A stretch of 64,000 nt of DNA, from the NCBI GenBank assembly GCA_051362555.1, contig CM120644.1, positions 8,812,954 through 8,876,953 of the forward strand, read 5' to 3'. Made by a program: the position numbers and the translations under genes. Origin of the DNA: Lingula anatina. Taxonomy: Eukaryota > Animalia > Brachiopoda. How positions within the stretch are numbered: position 1 is the stretch's first letter; each line of letters begins with the position of its first letter. The notes beneath the pieces are model-generated. The model saw nothing but the letters and a program-made list of their open reading frames with translations. It made no database searches and was not told the DNA's origin. Positions 1-11,165 of the stretch are shown one piece after another.

Positions 1-1724
1 GCGTTGACATCCTGGTCGAACCACATGCCTCCATGACAGTTGCTAGTATTTGTATCCCAGCCGTTTTTCCAGTTCCAGTCGTAGATCTGCTGAGCGGACG
101 ACAGGAAAGTGGAGTCCCCAAGGAGCTGAAATATTTAAGTAATCTATGAAGTAAACTATAGCGCAGATGTTGGCGCCATTGCAGACTTCAATGCCAAGCT
201 TAAGATCGCTATGACTAAATCTCTAAATTTCTATCTGATTTAAAGACCTCAGCCCTACACAAATGAAAAAAATGACAAGTTCTAGATTAATCCCTTAGAG
301 CAGAGCACAACAAATGTTTAATAAACTAAAAAATAAATAAAATCAGAGAGAGAGAGAGAGAGACTACAGTTCGCTTAGGACGAAAGCTTTCATATTTATA
401 AACAATCGGACTATAATGTAAAAGTACACTGGAACTTTTTATCATGAAATAAATGTTTGAACACTTAGGTTGTGGTAATGATTTTCCAAAAGGTGCATAT
501 GGGATTCAACAGACATAAAATGTACCAACTGAAGTACATCATATGATCTTATAATTTATAATACACAATAAAGAACATACATGTTCCTGGCTTATCAGCT
601 TAAAGACCAATCAAACAAGTTGCTGTGGGTGGTGGCGATACGTGCATGTGCGTGCGTTTGTGTCATCCGCTATGAATTGCGATTGTGAAAATATTATTCC
701 AGCATGCCCTTACCTCAGCAATTCTTGCAAAACTCAGTCCATACCACGCCATATCGTCATACGATGGTTGGGGTCCGTAAGCCCTCAGAAGTTGAGACAA
801 GTTTCTGTGCGAACTGTGGACTACAGAGATATAGCGAGAGTTGTTGGCGAATGCCATGAAGTTAGTGAGAACTTCAAGCACGGCGCCATTTCGCCAGAAG
901 CCGTCAAAACCATTCCACGTCTAAACAATAGAACAGAAATGATCAAACTGATTATTTTCTTTAAACAGTTTAAAGGAAATAGATTACGATTTGATTTTGA
1001 CATAAATAAGCGTTTTTTGCAATTGGTTATCAAAAACAATGGGCCGAGGGATAAATTTAAAAAATTCAACTTCAAAAATGTTGAAAAAAAGAATATCTTA
1101 TGTAGATCTAATAAATTTGTTAAAAATTACCGATTTTGCTTGGAGTAGCCTATTAATTATTTTTTCAATCTATCTATGCACTTATTTTAGTTTCATTTCA
1201 TTATATCCTATCTATTCATTTAACGACCTATTATTATTATTATTATTACAGCTTTGTTTTGCATATTGAATAATTTATATGCTACTTGAATCAAACTGAC
1301 ACCCGAGCGTGCAAAAAAAAAGTCTGTATAATTATCCCGGCATGGTTTCAGGCTACTGTAGGCCTATATATAGCCTATGTAGCTCGATCGTATTAGGACT
1401 ACATGTACCAGTACTTGCCTGGTAGCTGAACAAGCCTGCGATGGGAGATGGCCACCAGTTCTGTTGAAAGGCGTATTCTGTCCTGCAGGCCCAGTAGGCC
1501 GCCTCATCTCCGCCAAACATTGCCAGGGTACACTGAGATGTTGTGTCGTTCCAATCTGATACACCGGTCCCGAGTACCTTTCGCGGAGCACCCCTGACGC
1601 TCCCATTGTTTGGATTAAAGTAGGGTGCGATTCGTGATACGCCCTGTTTATAATGGCACCCTGCACGACCGAAGCACCAAATGAGTACAGAGATATACAC
1701 TCCAATTTGGAGTACCTGAACCAT
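1..1724 (-). CDS. Secreted glycoside hydrolase family 76 (alpha-1,6-mannanase/Dfg5-like), 3' end outside window; exons 1724-1419, 920-714, 125-<1
   Basis: Spliced translation: signal-peptide-like MVQVLQIGVYISVLIWCFGRAGC...FSYQ|TWNGFDGFWRNGAVLEVL...QPSYDDMAWYGLSFARIAE|LLGDSTFLSSAQQIYDWNWKNGWDTNTSNCHGGMWFDQD. YDDxxWxxL (catalytic DD pair) and WD...CxGGxW are GH76 hallmarks. Both junctions are phase 0; the first donor is GC (CAG|GCAAGT). Confidence 0.85.
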
Positions 1725-1759
1725 CAGTGTGCCATATGGCTCGGTGTCATGTCCCAGAT

Positions 1760-2192
1760 GCTCGCACTCCTCAGCTCCCCGCAAACGCTGCGCTCTTTGC
1801 TCAACAGAGGTGCCTCCCGGCCTGCCCCTATCGGACGCACCGTGAACTGTGGGATCATGTGATTAAAGAAACATTACATATTGATTACTTTTTAAAGTAA
1901 TGGAAAATGGTGACCACGTTAATCAATTAGACTAAGTATATAACTGTGTACATTTTTGTTGACATCGCAGGGGGCTGCCATTTTTCTGTTTCCGGCTACC
2001 AGCACATGCGCATTGTTGGCATGACTTGAGCAATCGGCGCTTGCACCCCGCACACGCTGAGCCATTTGCCTCAAAAGGCCAAAATATTTTGCTCAGCTGC
2101 GTGAGAGGCCAAAATCTCACCAAAATACCCCCGCAAACGATGAGAAAACGGCGCAGCGCAAGTGGCGCGCGCCAATTGCTCACCGTGTGCGG
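1760..2192. mobile_element. Non-autonomous DNA transposon (MITE family B), copy lacking its left TIR
   Basis: Colinear and highly similar to the complete element at 42652-43139 (CTCCTCAGCTCCCCGCAAACG...GCGCAAGTGGCGCGCGCCAA.TGCTCACCGTGTGCGGG). The right TIR is present and the left TIR is absent. Confidence 0.85.
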
Positions 2193-2841
2193 GGGGGGGA
2201 GGGGGGGGGTTGCAACTGTCACTTGTTCAGATTATATGTGATACACGGAGGACGCAAGGGGACACGCCACGACAGACCACAATATGGTGAATTATGTCAA
2301 CCCAGGACAGGACAAAATATCTTATAACTTATTGGGGCGTTTGGCATGTAGATACTCCGAAATAAATATCTTTGTAAACGTATCACTATTATGGGCATGA
2401 TGTTTTTTATTATATATCGTTATTTTAATAGTTCTAAGCATTAGATTAACCTTTTTGACCAATGTTGTAGGGCCTATATAAGGGGTCGGAAAATTTACAA
2501 AATGTACTAAAACCATGCAAAGTGGACCAAAACCATCGGTACCGCCAGCGCTTATGCTGGTGGTGCAATTAAAACTATATGTTCCACTTCAGACGGTGCC
2601 CCATTGAGGTAATGTGCTTTTATTTATTTTATTATTTTTTTCATCAGTTTATTTTTCAATTCAATGTTAGGCCTATATAGGCTAACCTTTGCGTTCCAAA
2701 TCTCACCAGTTGGAGGCGTTTATCTTAAAGGTTATAGAATTGGGTGACACACTTAGGCCAATTACAAATGCCCATCTCTCCCTTCTGATAAGCCACCTTA
2801 CTAGGCTGCTGATTAGTGAATCAACTTGAATATATCTGCAG

Positions 2842-2876
<35 letters not shown>

Positions 2877-3139
2877 AGAAGGATCGGCTTATTATGTGCA
2901 TTCATTCTTAATGCATATTTATTCTTATCTGTCCTTTGTCAGTACTCAAAATGTTTATCCTTGAAAATCTGGAGTTGTACTTCCAGTTTTCCACAGTCGT
3001 TCAGCCTTCTCACATTTGTAAGCAGGTGGAGAGCACGGGTCCCTGTGATAAGGACAAAAAGACAAGGTGTGTCTGATATAAATTGCCAACCTAGGCACAC
3101 GAGTGAACTTGCTTTGATAACACTGTTTGTCTGTGAATA

Positions 3140-3318
3140 TTGGTCGACATATTTGCAAGGTAAATGCATTCTGATGACATGGCGGCTTGCTGTGACGGCG
3201 TTTGGTGTAGACTGCTGATCGATATATATTTGCCAGGTAAATACATTCTCATGACGTGGCGGCTTGCTGTGACGGCGTTTGGTGTAGACTGGTCGACAAA
3301 TTTGTCAGGTAAATACAT
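3140..3318. repeat. Short tandem duplication, ~70-bp unit, ~2.5 copies
   Basis: ATGAC(A/G)TGGCGGCTTGCTGTGACGGCGTTTGGTGTAGACTG occurs twice; a TCGA...TTTG..AGGTAAAT.CAT segment occurs three times. Confidence 0.8.
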
Positions 3319-3684
3319 AAATTATCTCCCAGCAAATTAAAATATAATACATTTCTAATTTGAAAACACTTTCAATACATACAGCAAATACAAACCTATG
3401 GATATGGTATCCAAGCGGGCAAAATCATGTTGTTTCAACTTTGTTGACAAAGATGGGCGAAGTTCGATAACGGTAGTAAAACTAACATATACTAGGTACA
3501 ATCACTGTTACAGGACAGAGTACCGAGCTATCTTAAAGGTACATACGAACCGAGCATCGGTGGAGCGTGGATTCCCAGTAACACATGTAAACCACTTCTA
3601 CTAGTTTCTTTTACGACTCAAATAAATTCAACATGCCAAGGGATAAACTGAATAGATCACTTGATCAGCCATAAAAGAGCTTTA

Positions 3685-3899
3685 GGCTGTATTCCCAGAG
3701 CTTTTAGATCGATCTATCCCCGCGGGGAGTCTCACTAGATTACTGTCAGATAATCCGGCTTAAATGTCCGTCCCGCCTACTACAAGCTGTAAGGGGGTAA
3801 TTAACTTTCGTGTCCGCTCGGGTGACAGCTATTTAGTGTGAACCCCCAGGGAGTTAGGTCGATCTAAAGTAGATCGATCTAATCTCTGGAAATGGGATC
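3685..3899. mobile_element. MITE family A (~215 bp, PIF/Harbinger/Tourist-like), orientation A
   Basis: Imperfect TIRs (..ATTCCCAGAG...AGATCGATC / GATCGATCTAATCTCTGG.AAT..) flanked by a TTA/TTA target duplication. Seven further copies lie in the window. Confidence 0.9.
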
Positions 3900-4489
3900 T
3901 TAGACTGCTCCTTTCTTTAAATTTTTGGTCAGAAATTTAACCTACTTTCGTGACCTACTTTTCTGCCCCATTAACATACAGCATATAGAATGCTAGCAGA
4001 AAAATCCGCTCAAACATCATTTTCGAGTAAAATTAAACAATACCTGTGGATAATTCTCTTAGTTATACTACTTGAAACTATATGCTGGTATTTGGTTGGT
4101 TTTTGTGACTTTGTATGCATCTTTAATTAAGATAATGATGTTTTTTGAGCTCCTAGAAAATTCTGGTTACCTAGATCTGCGCAGGCTAGCCTTAGGCTAA
4201 ACCAAAATTGATAAGTCGGCAACTGTATATAAACATGGTCGGTAGACAAATATATAGAGGGTACCGGAGGAGTGAAGTAGAGCAGAGCTCATAAATGTGG
4301 AATTTCATGTCAGCTGGACATATAACATCTAAAAACTCGTCACAATCTTTTAAAAAAGATAAATCATTGCACAGCAATCGTGGTTCGGTTGGTTTGAAAC
4401 AAATGCGATTCAGGTTTCAGTTGCGAACTACTTCCTGGTTTTCACAAGGTCCTTCAAGGACTCTAAAACATCGCAACACATACCATCAA

Positions 4490-5042
4490 GGCTCCGTTCA
4501 CATGGAAAATCTATTTTCTAAAAATCTATTTTCGATATCTTGTGATCACGGTCTGTGCCCTGGATACCCCGCGGCGTAATTACTTGCAGCGCGAGCGAGT
4601 TACTTCCAAAGCTGTAATTAATTCTCGGCTGCGCTCGGAGGAGATTCTGATACCTTGAACCATGAGCAGTAGGAAGTAAGAAAGTAAATGGCGGTCGCGG
4701 TTGCTTTGAAAAATGTGTTTGTCATTTTTGTGCAACAACAACATCCCCTTTGACCTTCCTCCAACTTGTTTTGCACTACCACTAGCCATATTACGCGTCT
4801 GTATGCTTGAGTCGTCACAACTAAACTGATGAACTTCACAGCTTAGAGATACTACTGCTCATGCGTCAAGGTATCAGAATCTCCTCCGAGCGCAGCCGAG
4901 AATTAATAACAGCTTTGGAAGTAACTCGCTCGCGCTGCCAGTAATTACGCCTCGGGGTATCCAGGGCACAGACCTTGATCACAAGATACCGAAAATAGAT
5001 TTTTAGATTTTTAGAAAATAAATTTTCCGTGTGAACGGAGCC
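4490..5042. mobile_element. MITE family C with ~185-bp TIRs (PIF/Harbinger-like)
   Basis: GGCTCCGTTCAC...GTGAACGGAGCC termini, long inverted arms (4490-~4672 vs ~4853-5042), and a 3-bp CAA direct repeat on both flanks. Confidence 0.9.
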
Positions 5043-5363
5043 CAACACCTATGGGCATATCAGATTACATACATTACAGCCTCGGGGGAATTCATTTCCC
5101 TTGGCGCTCTTTGTCGCGCTGTCGGTCGATGCAACATATATTTCAAAACAAATTGACTGCAAATTAAGCAGGATTTTCACCTTCAAGTATCGTAACACGT
5201 TTCATATCATGTCCCTATTATTTCTACAAGTATTTTTACAAAAGGAAAATGTTATCTCACTTTGTTGTTGGAAAAACTGCTTATTTTTTTCTCTGAGCCC
5301 ACGTTTTCACTCCCGTTCACCTCCAGGTAGAAGTGACCGCTCAGGTTCACGGCTTACACCATT

Positions 5364-5380
5364 TGACGTCACACTTCCGG
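5364..5380 (+). promoter_or_regulatory. Adjacent CRE and ETS motifs, probable caspase promoter
   Basis: TGACGTCA (5364-5371) followed by CTTCCGG (5374-5380) in a CpG-rich patch ~1.5 kb upstream of the caspase coding region. Function is inferred. Confidence 0.45.
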
Positions 5381-6839
5381 CACAATCCTGTCTCCTCCGG
5401 TACCCTCTATTTAATATCGGTGTGTGGGAGCAACGGTACGGTGCGCGTGTAACAGTAATTTTTTAGGGGTTGTATCGATGAGTATAATGCAAAAATTTAC
5501 TAGGGGGAGTAACGGTACAGACACGTATCTGTGCGTGGGAGTATCGGCACGGGGGCGTATATGGATGAAACCATTTCCAATATGGTAGCGTTCATTTATT
5601 ATTTGATTGATTATCATCAGCGCTGAATTATTTTATCATTCCTAATAGGTTGATCATTGCAAGTGGATGGCACTGAACGAGCACTGGTACAGTGCATGCA
5701 AAACATATTGAACTGAACATCAAACAGAAATATCACATTAAATTATCTATTTATTAATTATGGATTTCACTTCTATTATTGCGGGAGCTTAATTTGTCAA
5801 AATATTATTTCACATACAATATAAGAAATAACAAATATTTGGGCTTACCCGCTATCTGGTATTTATTGGTAGAAAAACTGGTAGCCTATAGGCACAGATA
5901 ATCAGTTTTTAAACAAATTATATACAGATTCTTGATTTTAAAGCATTACATAAGATAATGAAAAACGGATAATCATTTTATATCATAGATGGCAGTGTCA
6001 TAATCACCATCGATCAACTTACTTCTGCCAAATAGTAAGATTAGCGACTATTGTAGTACATTTTTTACAAGGTTGACAAAGGTTGAAAAACCCAGTCCAG
6101 TGTGAATTTGTCTCTTTTCCTCATTCGATTCAACTTATACTTTACACGACTTCCAAATCGTATTTGCAGGTTAAATCTTTTAAGGATTTCAGGATTCACC
6201 TTTTTAAACTGGTTTCTGAGCAGTTAATATTAACCAGGCGTCCCTTGGGGTGTTTTGGCGAAGAGATATGCTTACATTGTACATATTTTACCCCTTCAAA
6301 TTGAAAAATTTTCTATTTTGGCATTTTGAGCACCTGCTTATACAACACGTTATACATAATTATGAATATGATATAAAATTCAAACCCACCCACGGAAGGC
6401 CCACAGCTTGGAATATTAGTCTCAATAAGGCAGAGGCTTTTTTCCATTTTTCTTAATAAGTCGACACATTGCCAATGAATCCTTGTGATGAAGAAAGGAG
6501 ACGTTGACGTTTGTCCATATAGACTTATATCCTGGATAAAGTCTAACTACATATGTATCTTAATATCTAAAAGCTCCCTTGAATCTTAGTCATCCGAAAT
6601 CATTATATTAGATTTTCATAAAAGATGCCTGCTTGGTGTACGTGTACTGCTTGGTGTGCTTGTCGATAAATAGTAAAATGGTATATGTAATCGCCTCAGA
6701 AAAAGGTAGGTTACAGAAAGATATAAGCAAAAATATATTATTATGTTACAGGATAACATAGAATAATGCAGTTGAGCACAAAGGCTGTAGAAAGCGGGGG
6801 GACAAAAAGACAATTTTTGATAAATGGTGGAACCTGCAA

Positions 6840-9572
6840 ATGAAAATGGCACAGATGCAAGTGGATGGCGATGATTACCAACAACGCACAGTTTTAGAAA
6901 TAATTAAAGATTTGAAAGGAGAAAGGACAAAAATAATGTAGAGGCTCAACAAACTGAACATTTTCACAAGAAGCTCTCTGTCACAGATTTTGATGGTTGT
7001 TACAGAAATAGAGTGAAAGATAGAATCAAAATATTTGAACCGGATAAAGTGAATGCAGATGATCGTGGCAACGAGAGTTACAACAACAAATATCACACAA
7101 GTTTAGAAGGTGGCTCACTGAATGACGTTAATCCTTCAAATGACAATGAAGTAGACTCGCTTGAAAACAACAACAATAATTGTGATCAGTGCAAACCGTC
7201 CAAACGTAAGAATGAAGGATGTGAGCAAAGTCTTCCAAATGTTAAAAGTAGGAAACGTCTGTCCGACCCAACTGAAACAGATGAATGCGACATTCAAGGT
7301 GAACCGCGCATCAAGATTAAACATGACACTGCCGATGTCAGTGTTACCTTACCAAATCCATCGAATGCAGAAACAGGTGCTACTGCAGTGAAATTACCTG
7401 TCATCAGCTTTCAAGCAAAGAGCTCACCTGTATGCCATAAAACAGACGAAGATGATTCACAGAATCCTTTAAGTGATAACAAAGTAGAATCGCTTGAAAA
7501 CAGCAACAGTAATTGTTATGTGTTCAAACCTACAAAACGTAAGAATGATGGAAGACTTGCAAAGAAACGTCCTACTTCAGATGAAACTCTTCCTGACCCA
7601 AATGAAATAGAGGAATACGGCATTCCAGTTGTACAGCGTATCGATGAGAGTCTTACCTTTCCAAAATCATCGAATGGAGACACAGATGCTACTGCACTGA
7701 AAATGCCTTTCACAAGATTCGAATCAAATAGGGGACAATTATCTGACAACAACCGGCCTGTTTGCCAAACAGACGAACACTCTGGTAAGTATACATGAAC
7801 AATGCCTAGCTTAGTATTATTTCTAATTGTAAGTTTTGCCAAATGTTGCGATGTCGCTTCAGCTGGAAGAATTCAATTACTTTACAAATTTTATTGAATC
7901 TTTCTCCCATATATAAATTACATTTGAGAAAAGCTTATTGTTTAACGTGTTCACCAGTCTTCAGATGTTTAAATGGAGGTATATAAAACATTTTTCTCTA
8001 ACACATTTTGTCACAAATGTCACATTATGAAATAATCCCTGTACGGGTACATGTATATTTTGCACTGACCACCTGTTTCAAGAAACCAAAGGGGATTATA
8101 AAGCATTAGTACCGTTTGTGTCATTTTTAATGTAGGTGAAGAGGACAGTGACGGCGTGCAATCGCCCCATGAAGTTGACGGTGAAGTACATAATGTACCC
8201 AAATCTCCCAACTCTGCGAGAATGCAGGGAATCCATCTCATTTTTGTTAACGATGATTTTGGTGACACAGGCTTGTCCAAAAGAAAAGGATCAGAAATTG
8301 ACACAGGTTTGCAAAGTTTGTTTTCAAAAATGTATTGAATTGACTCATATTTGAAAATGCCATTATATGACCGAAACATTGCATTTTATTGCTTAATATG
8401 TATTTAGTTAGCTTCGATTAAGACTGTATTATTATGGCGTACCAGTATGTTTGACATGTTATTTTTTTCTTGCAGAAACGATGAAAGAGCTGTTTGAGTC
8501 CCTTGGCTTCAAGGTTGTTATCTACCAAAATTGTAATCATGAACAAACTATGAATGCTCTTAAAGAGGCTGCAGATAAAAACTATAGTGTTTATATGTTG
8601 TTTTTTTGCACCATATCATCCCACGGCAAAGACTGTGGAATTTTTACTTCTGATGGTCGATTGATTCAATTGAGTGAGTTTTACGCCAACTTTCAATCCC
8701 AGAGCTGTCCAACTTTACGAGGCACACCGAAAGTGTTCATTATCCAATCCTGTCTAGGATCAAAGGATCTATTACGTAAGTTAAAGGTTTTCCAGCATTA
8801 AGTGCATGTGAGAAAAAACGAAAGACCGTTTTCATTAATGTTTATCATTAATTAACAAAGCTACCATTTTATCTTGCCACGAAGAGAATAATAAATGAAA
8901 AAAAGTCTTGAACGCTTTTAAAAGTTTAACACGTTGCTCAATCAGCTGCTTTTTAGTTTATTAAATGTAAAGGTAACGCTTTTGACAACAAAATTGGTAA
9001 ATCAGTACTTTTATAACTTTTCTGTAATGTTCTGAAAAAAAACAAAACTAAATGTGCGATTATATCTGTAAAAAAGTTATTGGCACAGCATAATTTGCAA
9101 ATGAATCGGTCATCCATTTATAAATATAATTATATTTACAGTTGATAACGTAAATGTAAAATAATGTTTAAAGTCATTGCAAATGTATATCAGAACTTTA
9201 TGAAGCTGTTACTTTACTACAGCTGCAGCCACAGATGCGTCTGAGACCCACGAGCCGATCAGCGCATCTAACCACGGGGTGCATGTACCAAGTGAAAGGG
9301 ACTTCTATATCATGTATGCAACATTGCCCGGCCACGTCGCTTACAGACTGGAAGACGGTTCTCCTTTCATACGTGCCTTGCTAGAGTGCATCGAGAGGTA
9401 CAGCGAGGGTCCTGTCAAGCGTTCTTTACAACAAATTAGGGAAGAGATTAATGCTGAACTCAGTAGAGGTTTTGATGTCCCAACTTCAACTGATGATTGT
9501 GGAAGTACAGCCAGGCAGCAGTCGTGCTGGGATGTGAATACTTTAAGATTTCCCATCTTTTTGAGAAAATAG
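6840..9572 (+). CDS. Caspase-family (C14A) protease with long low-complexity prodomain; exons 6840-7784, 8136-8306, 8476-8775, 9223-9572; apparent 1-bp frameshift near 6906-6908
   Basis: p20 motifs GIHLIFVN...RKGSEID|ETMKELFESLGFKV, ISSHG (catalytic His) and PKVFIIQSCLG (catalytic Cys). p10 motifs VPSERDFYIMYATLPGHVAYR...GSPFIRAL. All three introns are GT-AG and phase 1. The start assignment requires a 1-nt correction, so it could be a pseudogene or an assembly error. Confidence 0.85.
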
Positions 9573-10948
9573 ATACTTCATATTGTGCATAAAAAGTATT
9601 GTGCTTTTCGCCAGAAAAATTTTGAAAGTGGTGCAGAGGTGCTTTCCCCCTTCCATTTTCTTATACATTATCCCTCCCCCATATGCGCTGTCCGCGCAGA
9701 GGCCTAGCAATTTAAGATAGAGCTGCGATTGATTCGCAGATCTGTCAGTCCGCAAATAAACTTATTCTGAGTGCTCTGAAAAATATTTTTGACAGAATTG
9801 CTTGGCAGAATTGACGTTACTTTCTAGTCCTTGGATGCAAGGATCTGTGTTTAGTTTACCGTTAACCACTGCCATCTCGCCTACACCACAGTAGTCAATA
9901 CACCCCTTGCTAAGTGGGGTTCCTTATTAAATAGGTACACTGTACTATTTGTCGTTAAGCGTTTATTGATCCAACTTGACAATGATCGCTATCTGAAACA
10001 GAAGAGTAAATTACATAAGTCTACATAAATGATAATCCATATACTTATGTCGACAAGACACAGAAAATTGCGAACTTACTTCTTACCAGCCGTTTAACCA
10101 AACTCTTGCGAGTCCATTAATGCTGACTGTGCCTAATCTCATTTCACCTGAGAACAGTATATTTATCAATGCCCAGTTATTGCAATGGCAGTTGTCCATG
10201 CCAGAGTTCCGGTATACCATCTGATTTGACGTAGACGGGTCCTGGCAGTGATCACTGTTTTCCTAAAAAAAAAGCCCTTTCAAAATAACGGCGATTGTGC
10301 AGACATCTTCTGATGGTAAACTTGGAAACATGATTTGCCCTGCTGTTAAGTTGCAGTCAAGAATCTAAATATCATGAAACGTTTTCTGCGAGAAAGGCTT
10401 ATTAACATTCTCTCTTCTTTGGGTGTTGTTTCCTTCAGTCGACGTTAATTTTGTCCATGAATCTATTTGGTTATAATGTTGATGAATTGTTTTAATGAAA
10501 AAAAAAAAAGAACAATTGTCTGGCAATTCAGCGGTCAAAGCTCTCATGTCAATCACCCAGTAAAAAATCTTTCCCTTAAGAGCCGAATGAAAAAAGAATA
10601 ATAATAATTGTTGGAGTATTTTGAATTATTTTGAATTGTACTTTGTTTATAGACTATAAGATATATGGCATTTCTCAAATCAAGAGGTCTGTATCGCCAA
10701 AAGTTTGCTCTGTTCCTTCTTATCTTGACCTACATTGGTGCATTTGGTTAGATAGAAAACGTTTGCATATTGAAGATGCCCTGCGTGTCAGGGCACAGTA
10801 AAGCTAGCTTGTTAACTATTCGCACCTTTTCATGGGATAGTTTTGCTGATATGGGTTACATATGAAATCAAGATCAAGCTGGCAAAACTGAAATCTAGAA
10901 CCCAGGGTAACTGAAGACAAATATACAGAGCAAATTCAGCTTACAAGC

Positions 10949-11165
10949 CAGGGGCTGATGCAGGATTATTTGAAAGGGTCCGCGGATGCATACCCCCCCC
11001 CCCCCCCCCCCTCTCCCTTGTCTTGGGGTTTGGTACCTGTTGAAGGGCCCCTAAAATTTTTGGGATTTCATAGAGCGAACGATGCAATTTGGTAGAACTG
11101 CTAGTCAAAATTCTAAATTCAAGAGGGGACCATTAGTGTGATATTTTTTCAGAAATCTGCCACCG
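10949..11165. mobile_element. Small CAGGGGC-terminus non-autonomous DNA element
   Basis: CAGGGGCTGATGCAG ... AAATCTGCCACCG degenerate TIRs with an internal poly-C tract, flanked by CAAGC on both sides. Confidence 0.55.

Noticed and set aside
642-1148. 168-aa plus-strand ORF
   Set aside because: It is the antisense shadow of GH76 exon 2 plus AT-rich intron; no motifs.
1725-1784. N-terminal extension of the ORF-track GH76 protein (MRGAEECEHL...)
   Set aside because: It starts at a non-ATG codon inside the MITE. The ATG at 1724 gives a proper signal peptide.
5640-6060. Possible upstream caspase coding exons carrying a death-fold domain
   Set aside because: Frames close quickly and no CARD/DED-like pattern was recognised. 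A 14-bp match to 6857-6870 is too short to interpret. These may be UTR exons.
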